Shown here: one piece after another, positions 9,138-18,728 of the stretch
Numbering within the stretch: the first letter of the stretch is position 1
How the letters are laid out: every line of letters starts with the position of its first letter
Assembly (NCBI GenBank): GCA_902797125.1
Contig: CADBRS010000182.1
Span: 1 to 49,168, forward strand
Direction: 5' to 3'
From: an uncultured Ruminococcus sp.
Lineage (GTDB): Bacteria > Bacillota > Clostridia > Oscillospirales > CAG-272
Length of the DNA: 49,168 bases
Made by a program: the position numbers and the translations under genes
The notes under the pieces: model-generated
The model's input: only the letters and a program-made list of their open reading frames with translations
The model's database searches: none
What the model was told of the DNA's origin: nothing

Positions 9138-9169
9138 AAGGCTATAAGACTTGAAGGAGTTTTTGCTTT

Positions 9170-10114
9170 ATGAAAAAGATTCTTTGTATTGGCAGTATCA
9201 CCGTCGACATCATGATCAGACCGGTCAATGAGCTCCCTGCTCCCGGCACCCTGGTCGCTGTTGATTCTCTTTCCACTCATGTGGGCGGTTGCGCGTCAAA
9301 TGCCGCCGCTGATTTGGCGAAATTAGGCGTCCCCGTCGTCATGTCCGCGTTGGTCGGTGATGATATGATGGGCGATTTCTTCAAAAAAACCATTTCTTCT
9401 TACGGCGTTGATATCAAGGGTGTCATGACGTCTAAAACTGTCGGCACTACTGTTTCCACTGTTCTGATTTCAGAAGACGGAGAACGCTCTTTCTTATATA
9501 ATCCCGCGTCTGCCGCCGCTTTTACCGATACGGATATTCCGGACGAACTGATCCAGGAATGCGATATCATCTTTATCGGCGGAGCGCTGCTCCTGACCGC
9601 CTTCGACGGCGCGCCTGCTGCCAGAGTGATGAAACGGGCCCGTGAACTGGGTAAGATCACGGTCATGGATACCGCATGGGATTTTGCAGATATTTGGCTT
9701 CCCAAGATCCGGGAAACTCTTCCCTACTTGGATTATTTCATCCCCTCCATTGAGGAAGCAGCCAAGCTGACCGGTGAAGAAGATCCGGAAAAGATCGCAG
9801 ACAAACTGCACGACCTGGGTTCGACCCATATTGCCGTCAAAGTCGGAAAACGCGGCGCGATGATCTCTCCCGTCAAAGGCGAATACAAGTATCTGCCCAC
9901 CTACTCCGGGATCAAGAGAGTCGACACGACGGGTGCAGGTGATTCGTTCTGTGCCGGTTTCCTGACCGGGTTGGCCAACGACTGGGATATGGAAAGAAGC
10001 GCACAATTCGGAAATGCCGTCGCTTCTCACTGTATTCAGCCGATCGGTGCAACCACAGCGATCCCGCCCATGGCAGATGTTCTTAAATTCATGGAGACGC
10101 ATATTCCTGGTTAA
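9170..10114 (+). CDS. PfkB-family carbohydrate kinase (ribokinase/KDG-kinase-like)
   Basis: N-terminal GSITVD...GGCASNAA and C-terminal anion-hole motif DTTGAGDSFCAGF. 314 aa. Confidence 0.85.
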   Translation: MKKILCIGSITVDIMIRPVNELPAPGTLVAVDSLSTHVGGCASNAAADLAKLGVPVVMSALVGDDMMGDFFKKTISSYGVDIKGVMTSKTVGTTVSTVLISEDGERSFLYNPASAAAFTDTDIPDELIQECDIIFIGGALLLTAFDGAPAARVMKRARELGKITVMDTAWDFADIWLPKIRETLPYLDYFIPSIEEAAKLTGEEDPEKIADKLHDLGSTHIAVKVGKRGAMISPVKGEYKYLPTYSGIKRVDTTGAGDSFCAGFLTGLANDWDMERSAQFGNAVASHCIQPIGATTAIPPMADVLKFMETHIPG

Positions 10115-10123
10115 TATAGATGA

Positions 10124-10150
10124 GGGCTGTTTGAATGCAGCCCTTTTTTT
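10124..10150 (+). terminator. intrinsic terminator between the kinase and the glycyl-radical enzyme
   Basis: Hairpin GGGCTGT-TTGAA-TGCAGCCC followed by TTTTTTT. The GRE RBS (GGAGG, 10151-10155) starts immediately after the T-tract. Confidence 0.75.
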
Positions 10151-10165
10151 GGAGGCAACAAATCA

Positions 10166-12334
10166 ATGGAAATCGATGCTGTCAAAATGGGCAGAGCGCT
10201 GATCGATGAAGCGATCCGCCTGATTTCTGAAAAAGATGAAAAAAGCACCCTCATCGAGCGGCATTTCCTGATCGATGAGGCATGGAACGATTTTGAATCA
10301 GAACCACAACCTATCCTTATGGGCAAAGGTCTTTGCCAGGTATTATCCCGCTGCTCTTTACCCATTTCAGAGAATGATCTCCTGCTCGGAAGGTACGTAG
10401 ACAGAGTGCCGGACGAACAGGAAGAGGCGCGGTTTGTCAAACTGGTTCAATCGATGAGACTCCGCAACAACCCGATCATCAACCAAAACGGCGGTCACCT
10501 GACGCTGGATTTTTCGACCGCCATCCGGTTGGGGCTTCCCGGCTTGACTGCAAAGGTCGAATCTTTGCAGTCGGGCAAACATGATCCGAACGAAGTTTCT
10601 CAGATCCGGGGAATGCTTCTTTGCTACGAAGCGATGAAAATATATATCCGCCGCTATGGTGAAGCGGCCCTCACAAAGGGACGTCCTGATATGGCCGCCG
10701 TCTGCGAATCCTTGCTCACCGAAGCACCCAGATCTTTCCGTGATGCCCTGCAGCTGATGGTTTTCGTTTTTACGGTCTATATGATCTATGCAGGTGCTCC
10801 AGTCAATTGTATCTCATTCGGCCGCATAGACCAGTTTTTGCTGCCTCTCTATCAGAGAGACATCTCAACAGGCGTGCTCACGAAAGAAGAGGCTGGCGCA
10901 CTGATCGACGATTTCTACAGCAAGTGTTCCCTGCATCTGGGCAGAGGCGAGCACCAGATGGGCAACCCGGCTTTAGGGGGACACTATACCGGATGGGATC
11001 GTAATCAATGCTTCGACTCTCCCACCTATTTTACGCTGGGCGGGCTGGCGCCGGACGGCACAGACGGCTGTAACGAATTGACTGAACTGATGCTTTCGCA
11101 TGTTGAGCCCCGACTGAAAAATCCGGTCATCATATTCAGATATCACAGCCGAATCCAACAAGAAATCTGGGACATCGTTGTCAGGAAAGCTATGAAGAAT
11201 GCGTCGTTCCTGATTTACAACGATGATGTTGTCATTCCGGCTTATCTTCATTCAGGCGTTGACCGGGTCAGTGCATACAATTATTCGATCCATCCCTGCA
11301 ACTGGGCAGATATTGATTCCTGCGGAGTGATCATCGGTTCTGTCGGAGGTTATCTCCCGGAGATCATCATGCAAGTGCTGAATGAGTCTTCGTCGATTCA
11401 GGACATGGATGCCCTGTACAATGCCATCGCGGACCATTTTAGGGCCTCCCTGAAAGAACCGTTCCGCTGCTACAGAGAGACCTTTTCTCATCCAGAGCGG
11501 ATGCCTTCCAATGGTCATTTGGGTTTTCATGATGCCTTTTTGGGAACCTGTGTCGACAAAGGGAGAAGCAGGTACGACGGGGGTTCGAAATATTATGCAT
11601 TCTATGCGCTCCTGCGCAACATCGGCACAGCTGCGGACATGTTGTCCTCGATCGAAGAACTCGTTTTCAAAAAGAAAATTTGCACATTGCAGGTATTATT
11701 AGATGCCTGTCATGACAATTTCGAAAACCGTCCCGATCTCCTCCACTTTGCGCAAAAGGCTCCGAAATACGGAACTGACAACGCCCTTGCAGACGGACAC
11801 GCACGTCGCCTGATGACCCTTCTTCTGGACATCCTGGATGAGGAAAGCCTCGACGAAAAAGGAGAACGGGACGTTTTGACGCTCAATGTCACGATCAATG
11901 ATATGAATCACCTCTATTTCGGGCACGAATTCGGCGCGACACCGGACGGGAGAAAAGCCGGTGAACCGCTCAGCGAAAACCTGTCCCCCAGCGTCGGATA
12001 CGTCAGCAGTCTCACTTCGCTTCTCAATTCAGTGGCTTCTCTGCCCACGGACAGACTTCATTCCGGAGCATTGAATGTTAGGATCGGATCTGATATTTTG
12101 AAAAGAGAAAACGGTGCTCTGCTCCTGAATTCCCTGCTGACGACCTATTTCAAAAAAGGCGGTCTGCAGATACAGATCAGTGTTGCAGACACCGAGACCT
12201 TGCGATCCGCCCAGGCCTGTCCCGAATGCTACCGTGACCTCACAGTGCGTATCACGGGATACAGCGCCATATTTGTCGACATGAGTAAAAATGCTCAGGA
12301 CGAGATCATCCGAAGAGATGAGCTGGCGCACTGA
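10166..12334 (+). CDS. divergent glycyl-radical enzyme (PFL2-like superfamily)
   Basis: C-terminal glycyl-radical fingerprint TVRITGYSAIFVDM (Gly698). GRE-typical FGATPDGRKAGEPLSENLSPS. Candidate thiyl loop AYNYSIHPCNWAD (Cys378, TGC at 11297-11299), 320 residues before the Gly. Confidence 0.8.
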   Translation: MEIDAVKMGRALIDEAIRLISEKDEKSTLIERHFLIDEAWNDFESEPQPILMGKGLCQVLSRCSLPISENDLLLGRYVDRVPDEQEEARFVKLVQSMRLRNNPIINQNGGHLTLDFSTAIRLGLPGLTAKVESLQSGKHDPNEVSQIRGMLLCYEAMKIYIRRYGEAALTKGRPDMAAVCESLLTEAPRSFRDALQLMVFVFTVYMIYAGAPVNCISFGRIDQFLLPLYQRDISTGVLTKEEAGALIDDFYSKCSLHLGRGEHQMGNPALGGHYTGWDRNQCFDSPTYFTLGGLAPDGTDGCNELTELMLSHVEPRLKNPVIIFRYHSRIQQEIWDIVVRKAMKNASFLIYNDDVVIPAYLHSGVDRVSAYNYSIHPCNWADIDSCGVIIGSVGGYLPEIIMQVLNESSSIQDMDALYNAIADHFRASLKEPFRCYRETFSHPERMPSNGHLGFHDAFLGTCVDKGRSRYDGGSKYYAFYALLRNIGTAADMLSSIEELVFKKKICTLQVLLDACHDNFENRPDLLHFAQKAPKYGTDNALADGHARRLMTLLLDILDEESLDEKGERDVLTLNVTINDMNHLYFGHEFGATPDGRKAGEPLSENLSPSVGYVSSLTSLLNSVASLPTDRLHSGALNVRIGSDILKRENGALLLNSLLTTYFKKGGLQIQISVADTETLRSAQACPECYRDLTVRITGYSAIFVDMSKNAQDEIIRRDELAH

Positions 12335-12380
12335 GCCATCCAAGACGGTTCACAGATGGGTTAATAGCATCCAACAACGC

Positions 12381-12413
12381 AAAAAGCTACCCGAGTCAAA
12401 TGGGTAGCTTTTG
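12381..12413. terminator. bidirectional intrinsic terminator (GRE / convergent small gene)
   Basis: Hairpin AGCTACCC-N9-GGGTAGCT, flanked by AAAA upstream and TTTT downstream. Confidence 0.7.
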
Positions 12414-12443
12414 TCATTAAATGCAAAACAGCTGATGCAGGGA

Positions 12444-12818
12444 TCACTGCTTTTTTCCGCCCTGTCTCTCATATTGATGCGCGATCACTTCATTTCCCGA
12501 AAGATCATATAGACGCAAATCCATCCGATGCGGGCTAAACATCTCCCTCGGAGCAGGAGCAGCGCTCTCGGCTCCATCCGCTCCGCCGATAAAGATCTGA
12601 ACGAAGGGATCCTTCGGACCCGGCAGTCTCCAAACGTCTGCGCTTCTTCCGGGTTCGATCCGCATGGTTCTGTGAATATCGCAGAAAACATGCCCAGACA
12701 GATCCGAGAACTTGAGCCGGACTGTCACACCTGCAGAGGCATTCATGTCCTTATTGGAAAGAACGATTGAATCCGTTTCCTGATTCCAAAAAACATCAAT
12801 GGTATCCTTTTTAACCAT
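12444..12818 (-). CDS. hypothetical protein (124 aa)
   Basis: Strong AAAGGAGG RBS, 39 nt downstream of the FAD-protein gene. No motif recognised. Confidence 0.55.
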   Translation of the reverse strand: MVKKDTIDVFWNQETDSIVLSNKDMNASAGVTVRLKFSDLSGHVFCDIHRTMRIEPGRSADVWRLPGPKDPFVQIFIGGADGAESAAPAPREMFSPHRMDLRLYDLSGNEVIAHQYERQGGKKQ

Positions 12819-12857
12819 TTTTAGAGCCTCCTTTCAATGAAGCAGATCGAAAAACTG

Positions 12858-14234
12858 TCAGTGGTTCGTGATTTTGTCTCCGACATAGAGACCCATCGCG
12901 CCGGATTGCGACAATCCTCTGGTGATTCCGGAACCGTCCCCGATCAGATACATCCCGCTGGCGATTGCGAAATTGCCGTCATGCTGCGGGCGGATAGAAT
13001 AATATTTGTTTTCGCATCCGTAAAGCAACGTGTCATCGTTTGCCGTTCCGGGCGCCACTTTATCCAGCGCCTCCAGCGTTTCAATGATATTGGTCAGAGC
13101 GCGGTACGGCATGACGACCGACAAATCGCCGGGAAAAGCCTCCAAAGTCGGGATGACCGAATTCGCCGCCAGTCTGTGCGCGTTCGTCCTGCGTCCGCGT
13201 TTCAGATCTCCAAAACGCTGAACGATGATATTGCCCTCGCCGGCGAAATTCATATTCCGGGCTATATTTTCTGCATATTCGGTCGGCTTGTCGAAATCCC
13301 CCTCAAAATGAATGGAATAGAGGATGGCAAAATTGCAGTTTTCGGTTTTCTTTTCCGGCTCGGCAAAGGAATGTCCGTTGGCCGTAATAACGCCGTGATT
13401 GTTCTCAGCGGATACAAGTCCGCCCTGATTGAAGCAGAACATTCTGGTTCTGTCCTCAAAAGTCTTCGTTCTGTAGAGTATTTTGGGTTCGTAAATCACT
13501 GAGGAGAACTCTCTCCAAATCACATCTTTCATTTCAACACGAACCCCGATGTCCACCGCATTCGCGTTGATGTGCACACCGAATTTCAAGCACATTTTTT
13601 TGACAAAATCCGCGCCGCTGCGGCCCGTTGCAATGATCACATGCGTCGTCTCTACGGTTTCTTTTTTGGTTCCGCACTCGATCTTCAGGCTGTAGCCGCC
13701 TTCTGTTCGGTCGATATCCTGGCATTCCGTCCTGGCTCTCATTTCGACGCCTTGCTCTTTCAGGTGCTCGATCAGGCGCAGCATGGTTTTATAGTTTCTG
13801 TCTGTACCCAGGTGGCGAACGTTCATATCCAGCAGACGCAGGTTATTCTGGAGGCATTTCAGTTTCAAAGCCTCGCTGGACTGATACAGCGGCGGATAAT
13901 CATCCGCAAATCCTTCCAGAACGTGATCCACTTCATTGATATATTGCATGGCGACCCGTTCTCCGAGTTCTTCGCCTATGCTGCCGCCGTAAGCGGTTCC
14001 CAGATTAAATTTCCCGTCTGAAAAAGCACCGGCACCGGCGAACCCGCCCGAAATGGAGCAGACTTTGCAGTGAACGCATTTCTGACCGGCGCCTGCGGGA
14101 CATTTTCTTTTTTCCTGTTCGTATCCGCGTTCCAGTATGACCACTTTCTGGGAAGGGTCGTTTTTCTTGATCTGATAGGCAGCCATCAATCCTCCGATAC
14201 CGCCTCCAATGATCGCAACGTCATATTTCATCAT
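12858..14234 (-). CDS. FAD-dependent oxidoreductase of the uncharacterised COG2509-like type
   Basis: N-terminal dinucleotide fold YDVAIIGGGIGGLMAA...VVILERG, followed by a Cys cluster C-x7-C-x2-C-x2-C. 458 aa. Confidence 0.7.
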   Translation of the reverse strand: MMKYDVAIIGGGIGGLMAAYQIKKNDPSQKVVILERGYEQEKRKCPAGAGQKCVHCKVCSISGGFAGAGAFSDGKFNLGTAYGGSIGEELGERVAMQYINEVDHVLEGFADDYPPLYQSSEALKLKCLQNNLRLLDMNVRHLGTDRNYKTMLRLIEHLKEQGVEMRARTECQDIDRTEGGYSLKIECGTKKETVETTHVIIATGRSGADFVKKMCLKFGVHINANAVDIGVRVEMKDVIWREFSSVIYEPKILYRTKTFEDRTRMFCFNQGGLVSAENNHGVITANGHSFAEPEKKTENCNFAILYSIHFEGDFDKPTEYAENIARNMNFAGEGNIIVQRFGDLKRGRRTNAHRLAANSVIPTLEAFPGDLSVVMPYRALTNIIETLEALDKVAPGTANDDTLLYGCENKYYSIRPQHDGNFAIASGMYLIGDGSGITRGLSQSGAMGLYVGDKITNH

Positions 14235-15058
14235 TTTTTTCCTTTCTCTTTCTTCTCTTCTTCGGTTTTTCGCGCCGTCGACTTTTTCCAGGAGACATAC
14301 AGCTTTTTCTCTTCCGGGCTCGGTTTGGCAGGTTGGATCGTTTGATCTGACCCTGCCGATTCCTCAGGTCGATCTTTCTTGGGTCCGACCTGTTCGATTC
14401 TTGTCCATATCTTTAAAAGATACAAAACGAGGAATGCCATCATCGCCCCGAAGACGTTCAATATGACATCATCCATATCGAACGCTCCGCAGGTAAACAG
14501 CATCTGCACACCTTCGATCGTGAAAGTCAGCAGGATCACAGACGGCAAGAGGAGGTACCACTTGCGGAGTTTTTTGACAAAAAGCGGGCCGAAAAAGGCG
14601 ACAGGCATCAGCAATATCACATTTCCGATCAGGTTCGCAGCTGTTGTCACAGTACCGAAATAACCGTTCCTGTATCCTGACAGGTACTGTATGATCGTAT
14701 GCAGGGGCTGCAGATTGACCGATGTCTCGAAATAATGTTCTCTCACTTCTTCGCTGGTCCATATCGGAGTCCATGCCCTGGAAAACCAAGTCACATCCAA
14801 AAGCAGGACAAGATACAAACAGCCGGCCAAGACGAACAGCCAGTCCAAAAAACGCGGTTGATCTTCTCTCAGAAAAACGATAGAAATGATCAGCCCCACA
14901 AGGCTCAAGATCAGCCAAACCAGCAGAAAAGGTCTGGGCAGCGAAGAAAAGTTGAACCACACCAGATTCCATAAAGAAAACATAATCGAGACCACAAACG
15001 CGACTGATAAGATCCGCCACAATGTTAATCCCTGTCTGATGCGATTCCAAGTGAACAT
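14231..15058 (-). CDS. VanZ-family membrane protein with a Lys/Glu-rich C-terminal tail
   Basis: VanZ-like core: NLQPLHTI...NLIGNVILLMPVAFFGP...TIEGVQMLF...GAFDMDDVILNVFGAMMAF. 4-nt overlap with the downstream FAD-protein gene. Confidence 0.7.
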   Translation of the reverse strand: MFTWNRIRQGLTLWRILSVAFVVSIMFSLWNLVWFNFSSLPRPFLLVWLILSLVGLIISIVFLREDQPRFLDWLFVLAGCLYLVLLLDVTWFSRAWTPIWTSEEVREHYFETSVNLQPLHTIIQYLSGYRNGYFGTVTTAANLIGNVILLMPVAFFGPLFVKKLRKWYLLLPSVILLTFTIEGVQMLFTCGAFDMDDVILNVFGAMMAFLVLYLLKIWTRIEQVGPKKDRPEESAGSDQTIQPAKPSPEEKKLYVSWKKSTARKTEEEKKEKGKK

Positions 15059-15253
15059 GCTTTTGCCTTTCTAATTATTCCGGATTACATTTTATTATAC
15101 CACGAAACCGGGAAACATACCGGCAGTTTGCAGATGAAATAGAAAAAAGCTTTTCTTTTTTGTCCGTGTCATCCAAAATGTCAAAAAACACTTTTCAAAG
15201 CGGACACAAAGCGGATATAATAAGGATATATTGGAGAAAGGGGGACTGATGAT

Positions 15254-16507
15254 ATGTTCAAAGGATTCAGCCAAATGCGGTGCGGATTGCTTGGCGAGCA
15301 TCTGTCCCATTCCTATTCACCTCAAATACACGCCCTTTTGGCTGATTATGCCTATGATCTGATCGAATTGCCGGATGCGGATGCAGTTGGGGCATTCTTG
15401 AAAGCCGGGTCATTTGACGCTCTCAACGTCACGATCCCTTACAAACAGACGGTTATTCCCTATTTGTACTCCGTTTCACCCGCTGCAAAAAGGATCGGGT
15501 CCGTCAATACCATCACAAAAGATACGCAAGGAAGACTGATCGGCGACAATACGGACTATGCAGGATTCTCCTACATGGTTTCCAGGAGCCACATTGAATT
15601 GAAGGGCAGAAAAGTGCTGGTGCTGGGCAGCGGCGGAGCGTCTCTCACGGCGCGGGTCGTATGCCGGGACCTTGGTGCCGCATCCGTCACGGTCATATCC
15701 AGATCCGGACCGGATAATTATCAGAATTTGTCCAAGCACGCAGACGCCGATATCATCGTGAACTGCACGCCGGTCGGGATGTATCCGAAAAACGGGGTCA
15801 GCCCGGTCGATCTCTCTGCTTTCCCGAAACTGGAGGGCGTCCTGGACATGATCTACAACCCCCAGAAGACCGCCCTGCTTTTGCAGGCCGAGCGACTGAA
15901 CATCCCTGCAACGAACGGATTACCCATGCTGGTCGCTCAGGCAGTGGAAGCATGCAAACTGTTTTTGGGAACGGAAGCTTTGCCTTCTGCCGATTTTGTT
16001 GAAACAACCATTTCGAGCGTTGCGAAACAAATGAGCAATATTGTTTTGATCGGTATGCCCGGCTGCGGCAAAACCGTTTTGGCACAGGCTCTGGCAAAAC
16101 AATTGGATCGTCCTGTCATCGACACGGATCAGCTGATCGTTGAAAGATCGAATCGCTCAATTCCCGAAATATTTGAAAGATCGGGCGAGACAGGCTTTCG
16201 AGATCTGGAACATGATGCTGTCATCGATGCAGGCAAAATGTCAGGCGTCATCATCGCGACCGGAGGAGGCGTAGTAACCCGCGAGGACAACTATGATCCC
16301 TTACACCAAAACGGTGTCATCTGGTGGGTACAGCGTCCGCTGGAAAAGCTCAGTCGGGAAGGCAGACCCTTGTCCCTTTCAGGCGATCTGAGAGAAATGT
16401 ATGCACGGCGCTTCCCTCTCTATTCATTTTTTGCGGACCGGACTCTGGTGAATCAATCCACCGTTGAAGCCGCCGTTCAATCCATCATGGAGGACTTTCA
16501 AAAATGA
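15254..16507 (+). CDS. aroE/aroK: bifunctional shikimate dehydrogenase / shikimate kinase fusion
   Basis: The N-terminal half has LLGEHLSHSYSPQIH, NVTIPYK and VLGSGGAS (AroE). The C-terminal ~165 aa has P-loop IVLIGMPGCGKT, DTDQLI and GGGVV (AroK). Confidence 0.85.
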   Translation: MFKGFSQMRCGLLGEHLSHSYSPQIHALLADYAYDLIELPDADAVGAFLKAGSFDALNVTIPYKQTVIPYLYSVSPAAKRIGSVNTITKDTQGRLIGDNTDYAGFSYMVSRSHIELKGRKVLVLGSGGASLTARVVCRDLGAASVTVISRSGPDNYQNLSKHADADIIVNCTPVGMYPKNGVSPVDLSAFPKLEGVLDMIYNPQKTALLLQAERLNIPATNGLPMLVAQAVEACKLFLGTEALPSADFVETTISSVAKQMSNIVLIGMPGCGKTVLAQALAKQLDRPVIDTDQLIVERSNRSIPEIFERSGETGFRDLEHDAVIDAGKMSGVIIATGGGVVTREDNYDPLHQNGVIWWVQRPLEKLSREGRPLSLSGDLREMYARRFPLYSFFADRTLVNQSTVEAAVQSIMEDFQK

Positions 16508-16935
16508 GATTATTGATCATTAACGGGCCCAACATCAATATGCTCGGGATCCGCGAGCCTGCGATCTACGGCACAGATACATATGCCGACCTATGCGAGG
16601 CCGTTGCGGACAGATGCCGGACAAAAGGCATAGATTTTGAAATCTATCAATCGAATCACGAAGGTGATTTGGTCACGAAAATCCAGGAAGCATACGGGAA
16701 ATGCGACGGAATCGTTATCAATCCCGGAGCTTACACACATACCAGCATCGCGATTCTGGATGCGCTTCGTGCAGTGGATATACCTACTGTTGAAGTTCAC
16801 CTGTCAGATATCCATCAAAGAGAAACTTTTCGGAACATTTCGTATGTTTCCCTCTATGCCGAAAAAGTAATCGCGGGCAAGAAAAGCGCCGGATATCTTG
16901 AGGCCATAGATTATCTTGTAAGCAAATACAAATAG
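16504..16935 (+). CDS. aroQ: type II 3-dehydroquinate dehydratase
   Basis: LIINGPNINMLGIREPAIYG, QSNHEG, INPGAYTHTS and EVHLSDIHQRE. 4-nt overlap with the aroE/aroK fusion. Confidence 0.9.
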   Translation: MRLLIINGPNINMLGIREPAIYGTDTYADLCEAVADRCRTKGIDFEIYQSNHEGDLVTKIQEAYGKCDGIVINPGAYTHTSIAILDALRAVDIPTVEVHLSDIHQRETFRNISYVSLYAEKVIAGKKSAGYLEAIDYLVSKYK

Positions 16936-16945
16936 GAGCTCGACC

Positions 16946-18643
16946 ATGGAAAAATTTAAAGATCTTAAGTACGAAAGACCCAATCTCAAGGCATTTGAAA
17001 AAGAAGTAAAGACTTTTCTCAAGGCGTTCAAAAACGCCTCCTCATATGAAGAGGCGAACCGGTATTTTTTGGACTATCAAACGAAAATGAGCGAGATCGA
17101 AACACAATATGTGCTCGCCTATGTCCGTAATACGATCAACATGAAAGACGAGTTTTATGACGGAGAGATGAAATTCTTCAACACCGCCATGCCCAAAACC
17201 ATGCCGCTCATGAAGAAATGCACACAAGCTCTGCTCAAGAGTCCCTTCCGTTCCGAGTTCGAAAAAGAATACGGCTTGCAGTTGTTCAAGAATGCGGAAA
17301 TCAGTGAAAAACTCATGAAACCGTCCATCATTCTGCCGTCCATCAAAGAGAACAATCTGAAAACGGCCTACTCGAAAACGGTCGCAACCTGTTCCGTGGA
17401 ATTCATGGGAGAGACGTGCAATTTCTACGGTTTGTTGCGGCACATGCAGTCAACGGATCGCGAAGAAAGACGGGCAGCCTTTTTAGAGTGGGCCAAACTC
17501 TATGAAGGAATCGCTCCTGCTCTTGAAGAGCAATACGGGAAACTGGTCAAATTGAGATGCACCATCGCGAAAAAACTGGGATTCAACAGCTATATCGATT
17601 ATGTGTATCTGAGCCGCGGCAGATATGATTACAATGCCGAAAAGGTGGCCGCCTTCCGGGAAGCCGTCAGAAAATATATCACCCCGATCTGTGAGCAGCT
17701 GTACAAGGAACAAGCGGAACGTATCGGCGTGGATACCCTCCAGATGTACGATGAGGAATTCGTTTTCCCGGACGGAAACGCCAATCCCATCGGAACTCCC
17801 GAAGAACTGGTCGCCAAAGCACTGGATATGTATTCCGAGATGTCCCCCGAGACCAAAGAATTCTTCACGTTCATGACTGATTATGAACTGTTCGATCTGG
17901 TCACGAAAGACGGGAAACGAGCAGGCGGATACTGTACATCGATCTCCCAGTATAAAGCTCCGTTCATTTTCTCCAACTTCAACGGAACATCGGCCGACAT
18001 CGATGTGCTGACTCACGAAGCCGGGCACGCTTTTGAATTCTATTATGCTTCCCGCCGTCAGCCTTTACCGGATCTGGCTTCATCGACAAGTGAGATCAAC
18101 GAGATCCATTCGATGACCATGGAGCATTTCGCCTACCCCTATATGGAGCGTTTCTTCGGGGACAAGACAAACAAATACAGATATGCCCATTTCACTTCCG
18201 CCGTCAAGACGATCCCGTATCTGGTCTCGGTAGACGAATTCCAGCACAGGGTTTTCGAAAATCCGACATCAGGACCTGCAGACTGGCGCGCTTTCTGGAA
18301 GGAAATCGAAGCAAAGTATATGCCTTGGAGAAAATATGACGGCAACGCCTTCCTGGAAAGCGGAGGCTATTGGATGCAGAAACAGCATATTTTCCTCTTC
18401 CCCTTCTATTATGTGGATTATGCACTTGCACAATTGGGCGCATTCTCCCTGTTCCGGGACCAGGTCAACGGCAAAGACGCATGGGGCAGTTACTTGAAAC
18501 TGTGCGCCATGGGAGGAAAATACGGATACTTCGAGACACTTGAAAAAGCCGGCATCCCGAATCCGCTCGAAGAAGAAACCGTCCGCTCCATCGCAGATTT
18601 TGTCCAACAGGAAGCGGAAAAACTTAAAGCTGAGCTGGGATAA
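16946..18643 (+). CDS. M3-family oligoendopeptidase (PepF-like)
   Basis: 565 aa with zinc motif HEAGHAF. Length and layout fit M3B oligoendopeptidase F. Confidence 0.8.
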   Translation: MEKFKDLKYERPNLKAFEKEVKTFLKAFKNASSYEEANRYFLDYQTKMSEIETQYVLAYVRNTINMKDEFYDGEMKFFNTAMPKTMPLMKKCTQALLKSPFRSEFEKEYGLQLFKNAEISEKLMKPSIILPSIKENNLKTAYSKTVATCSVEFMGETCNFYGLLRHMQSTDREERRAAFLEWAKLYEGIAPALEEQYGKLVKLRCTIAKKLGFNSYIDYVYLSRGRYDYNAEKVAAFREAVRKYITPICEQLYKEQAERIGVDTLQMYDEEFVFPDGNANPIGTPEELVAKALDMYSEMSPETKEFFTFMTDYELFDLVTKDGKRAGGYCTSISQYKAPFIFSNFNGTSADIDVLTHEAGHAFEFYYASRRQPLPDLASSTSEINEIHSMTMEHFAYPYMERFFGDKTNKYRYAHFTSAVKTIPYLVSVDEFQHRVFENPTSGPADWRAFWKEIEAKYMPWRKYDGNAFLESGGYWMQKQHIFLFPFYYVDYALAQLGAFSLFRDQVNGKDAWGSYLKLCAMGGKYGYFETLEKAGIPNPLEEETVRSIADFVQQEAEKLKAELG

Positions 18644-18661
18644 GAATTGCGTTCCAACATA

Positions 18662-18690
18662 TTGACATCCAAAGCCCGGATGAGTAAAAT
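18662..18690 (+). promoter_or_regulatory. sigma-A type promoter for the HPr-like gene
   Basis: TTGACA (18662-18667), a 17-nt spacer, then TAAAAT (18685-18690). Confidence 0.65.
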
Positions 18691-18728
18691 GAGAACAGAT
18701 AAAAATCTTTTTTGGGGGAGACAAAAAT

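Noticed and set aside
14058-14102. Cys cluster C-x7-C-x2-C-x2-C in the FAD protein, considered as the missing glycyl-radical activase.
   Set aside because: It is not the radical-SAM CxxxCxxC spacing. The protein starts with a classic FAD/NAD GxGxxG fold and matches the COG2509-type flavoprotein layout. It is also on the opposite strand in a different operon.
14469-15050. A 193-aa ORF overlapping the VanZ gene in another frame on the same strand.
   Set aside because: The VanZ frame carries the recognisable family motifs and TM helices. The alternative frame is Arg/Cys-rich with no motif or RBS.
15145-15154. Palindrome AAAAGCTTTT in the vanZ/aroE divergent region, considered as a terminator or operator.
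   Set aside because: It cannot form a stable hairpin because it has no loop and is all A-T apart from the central GC. It sits within a longer A/T run and is probably low-complexity sequence.
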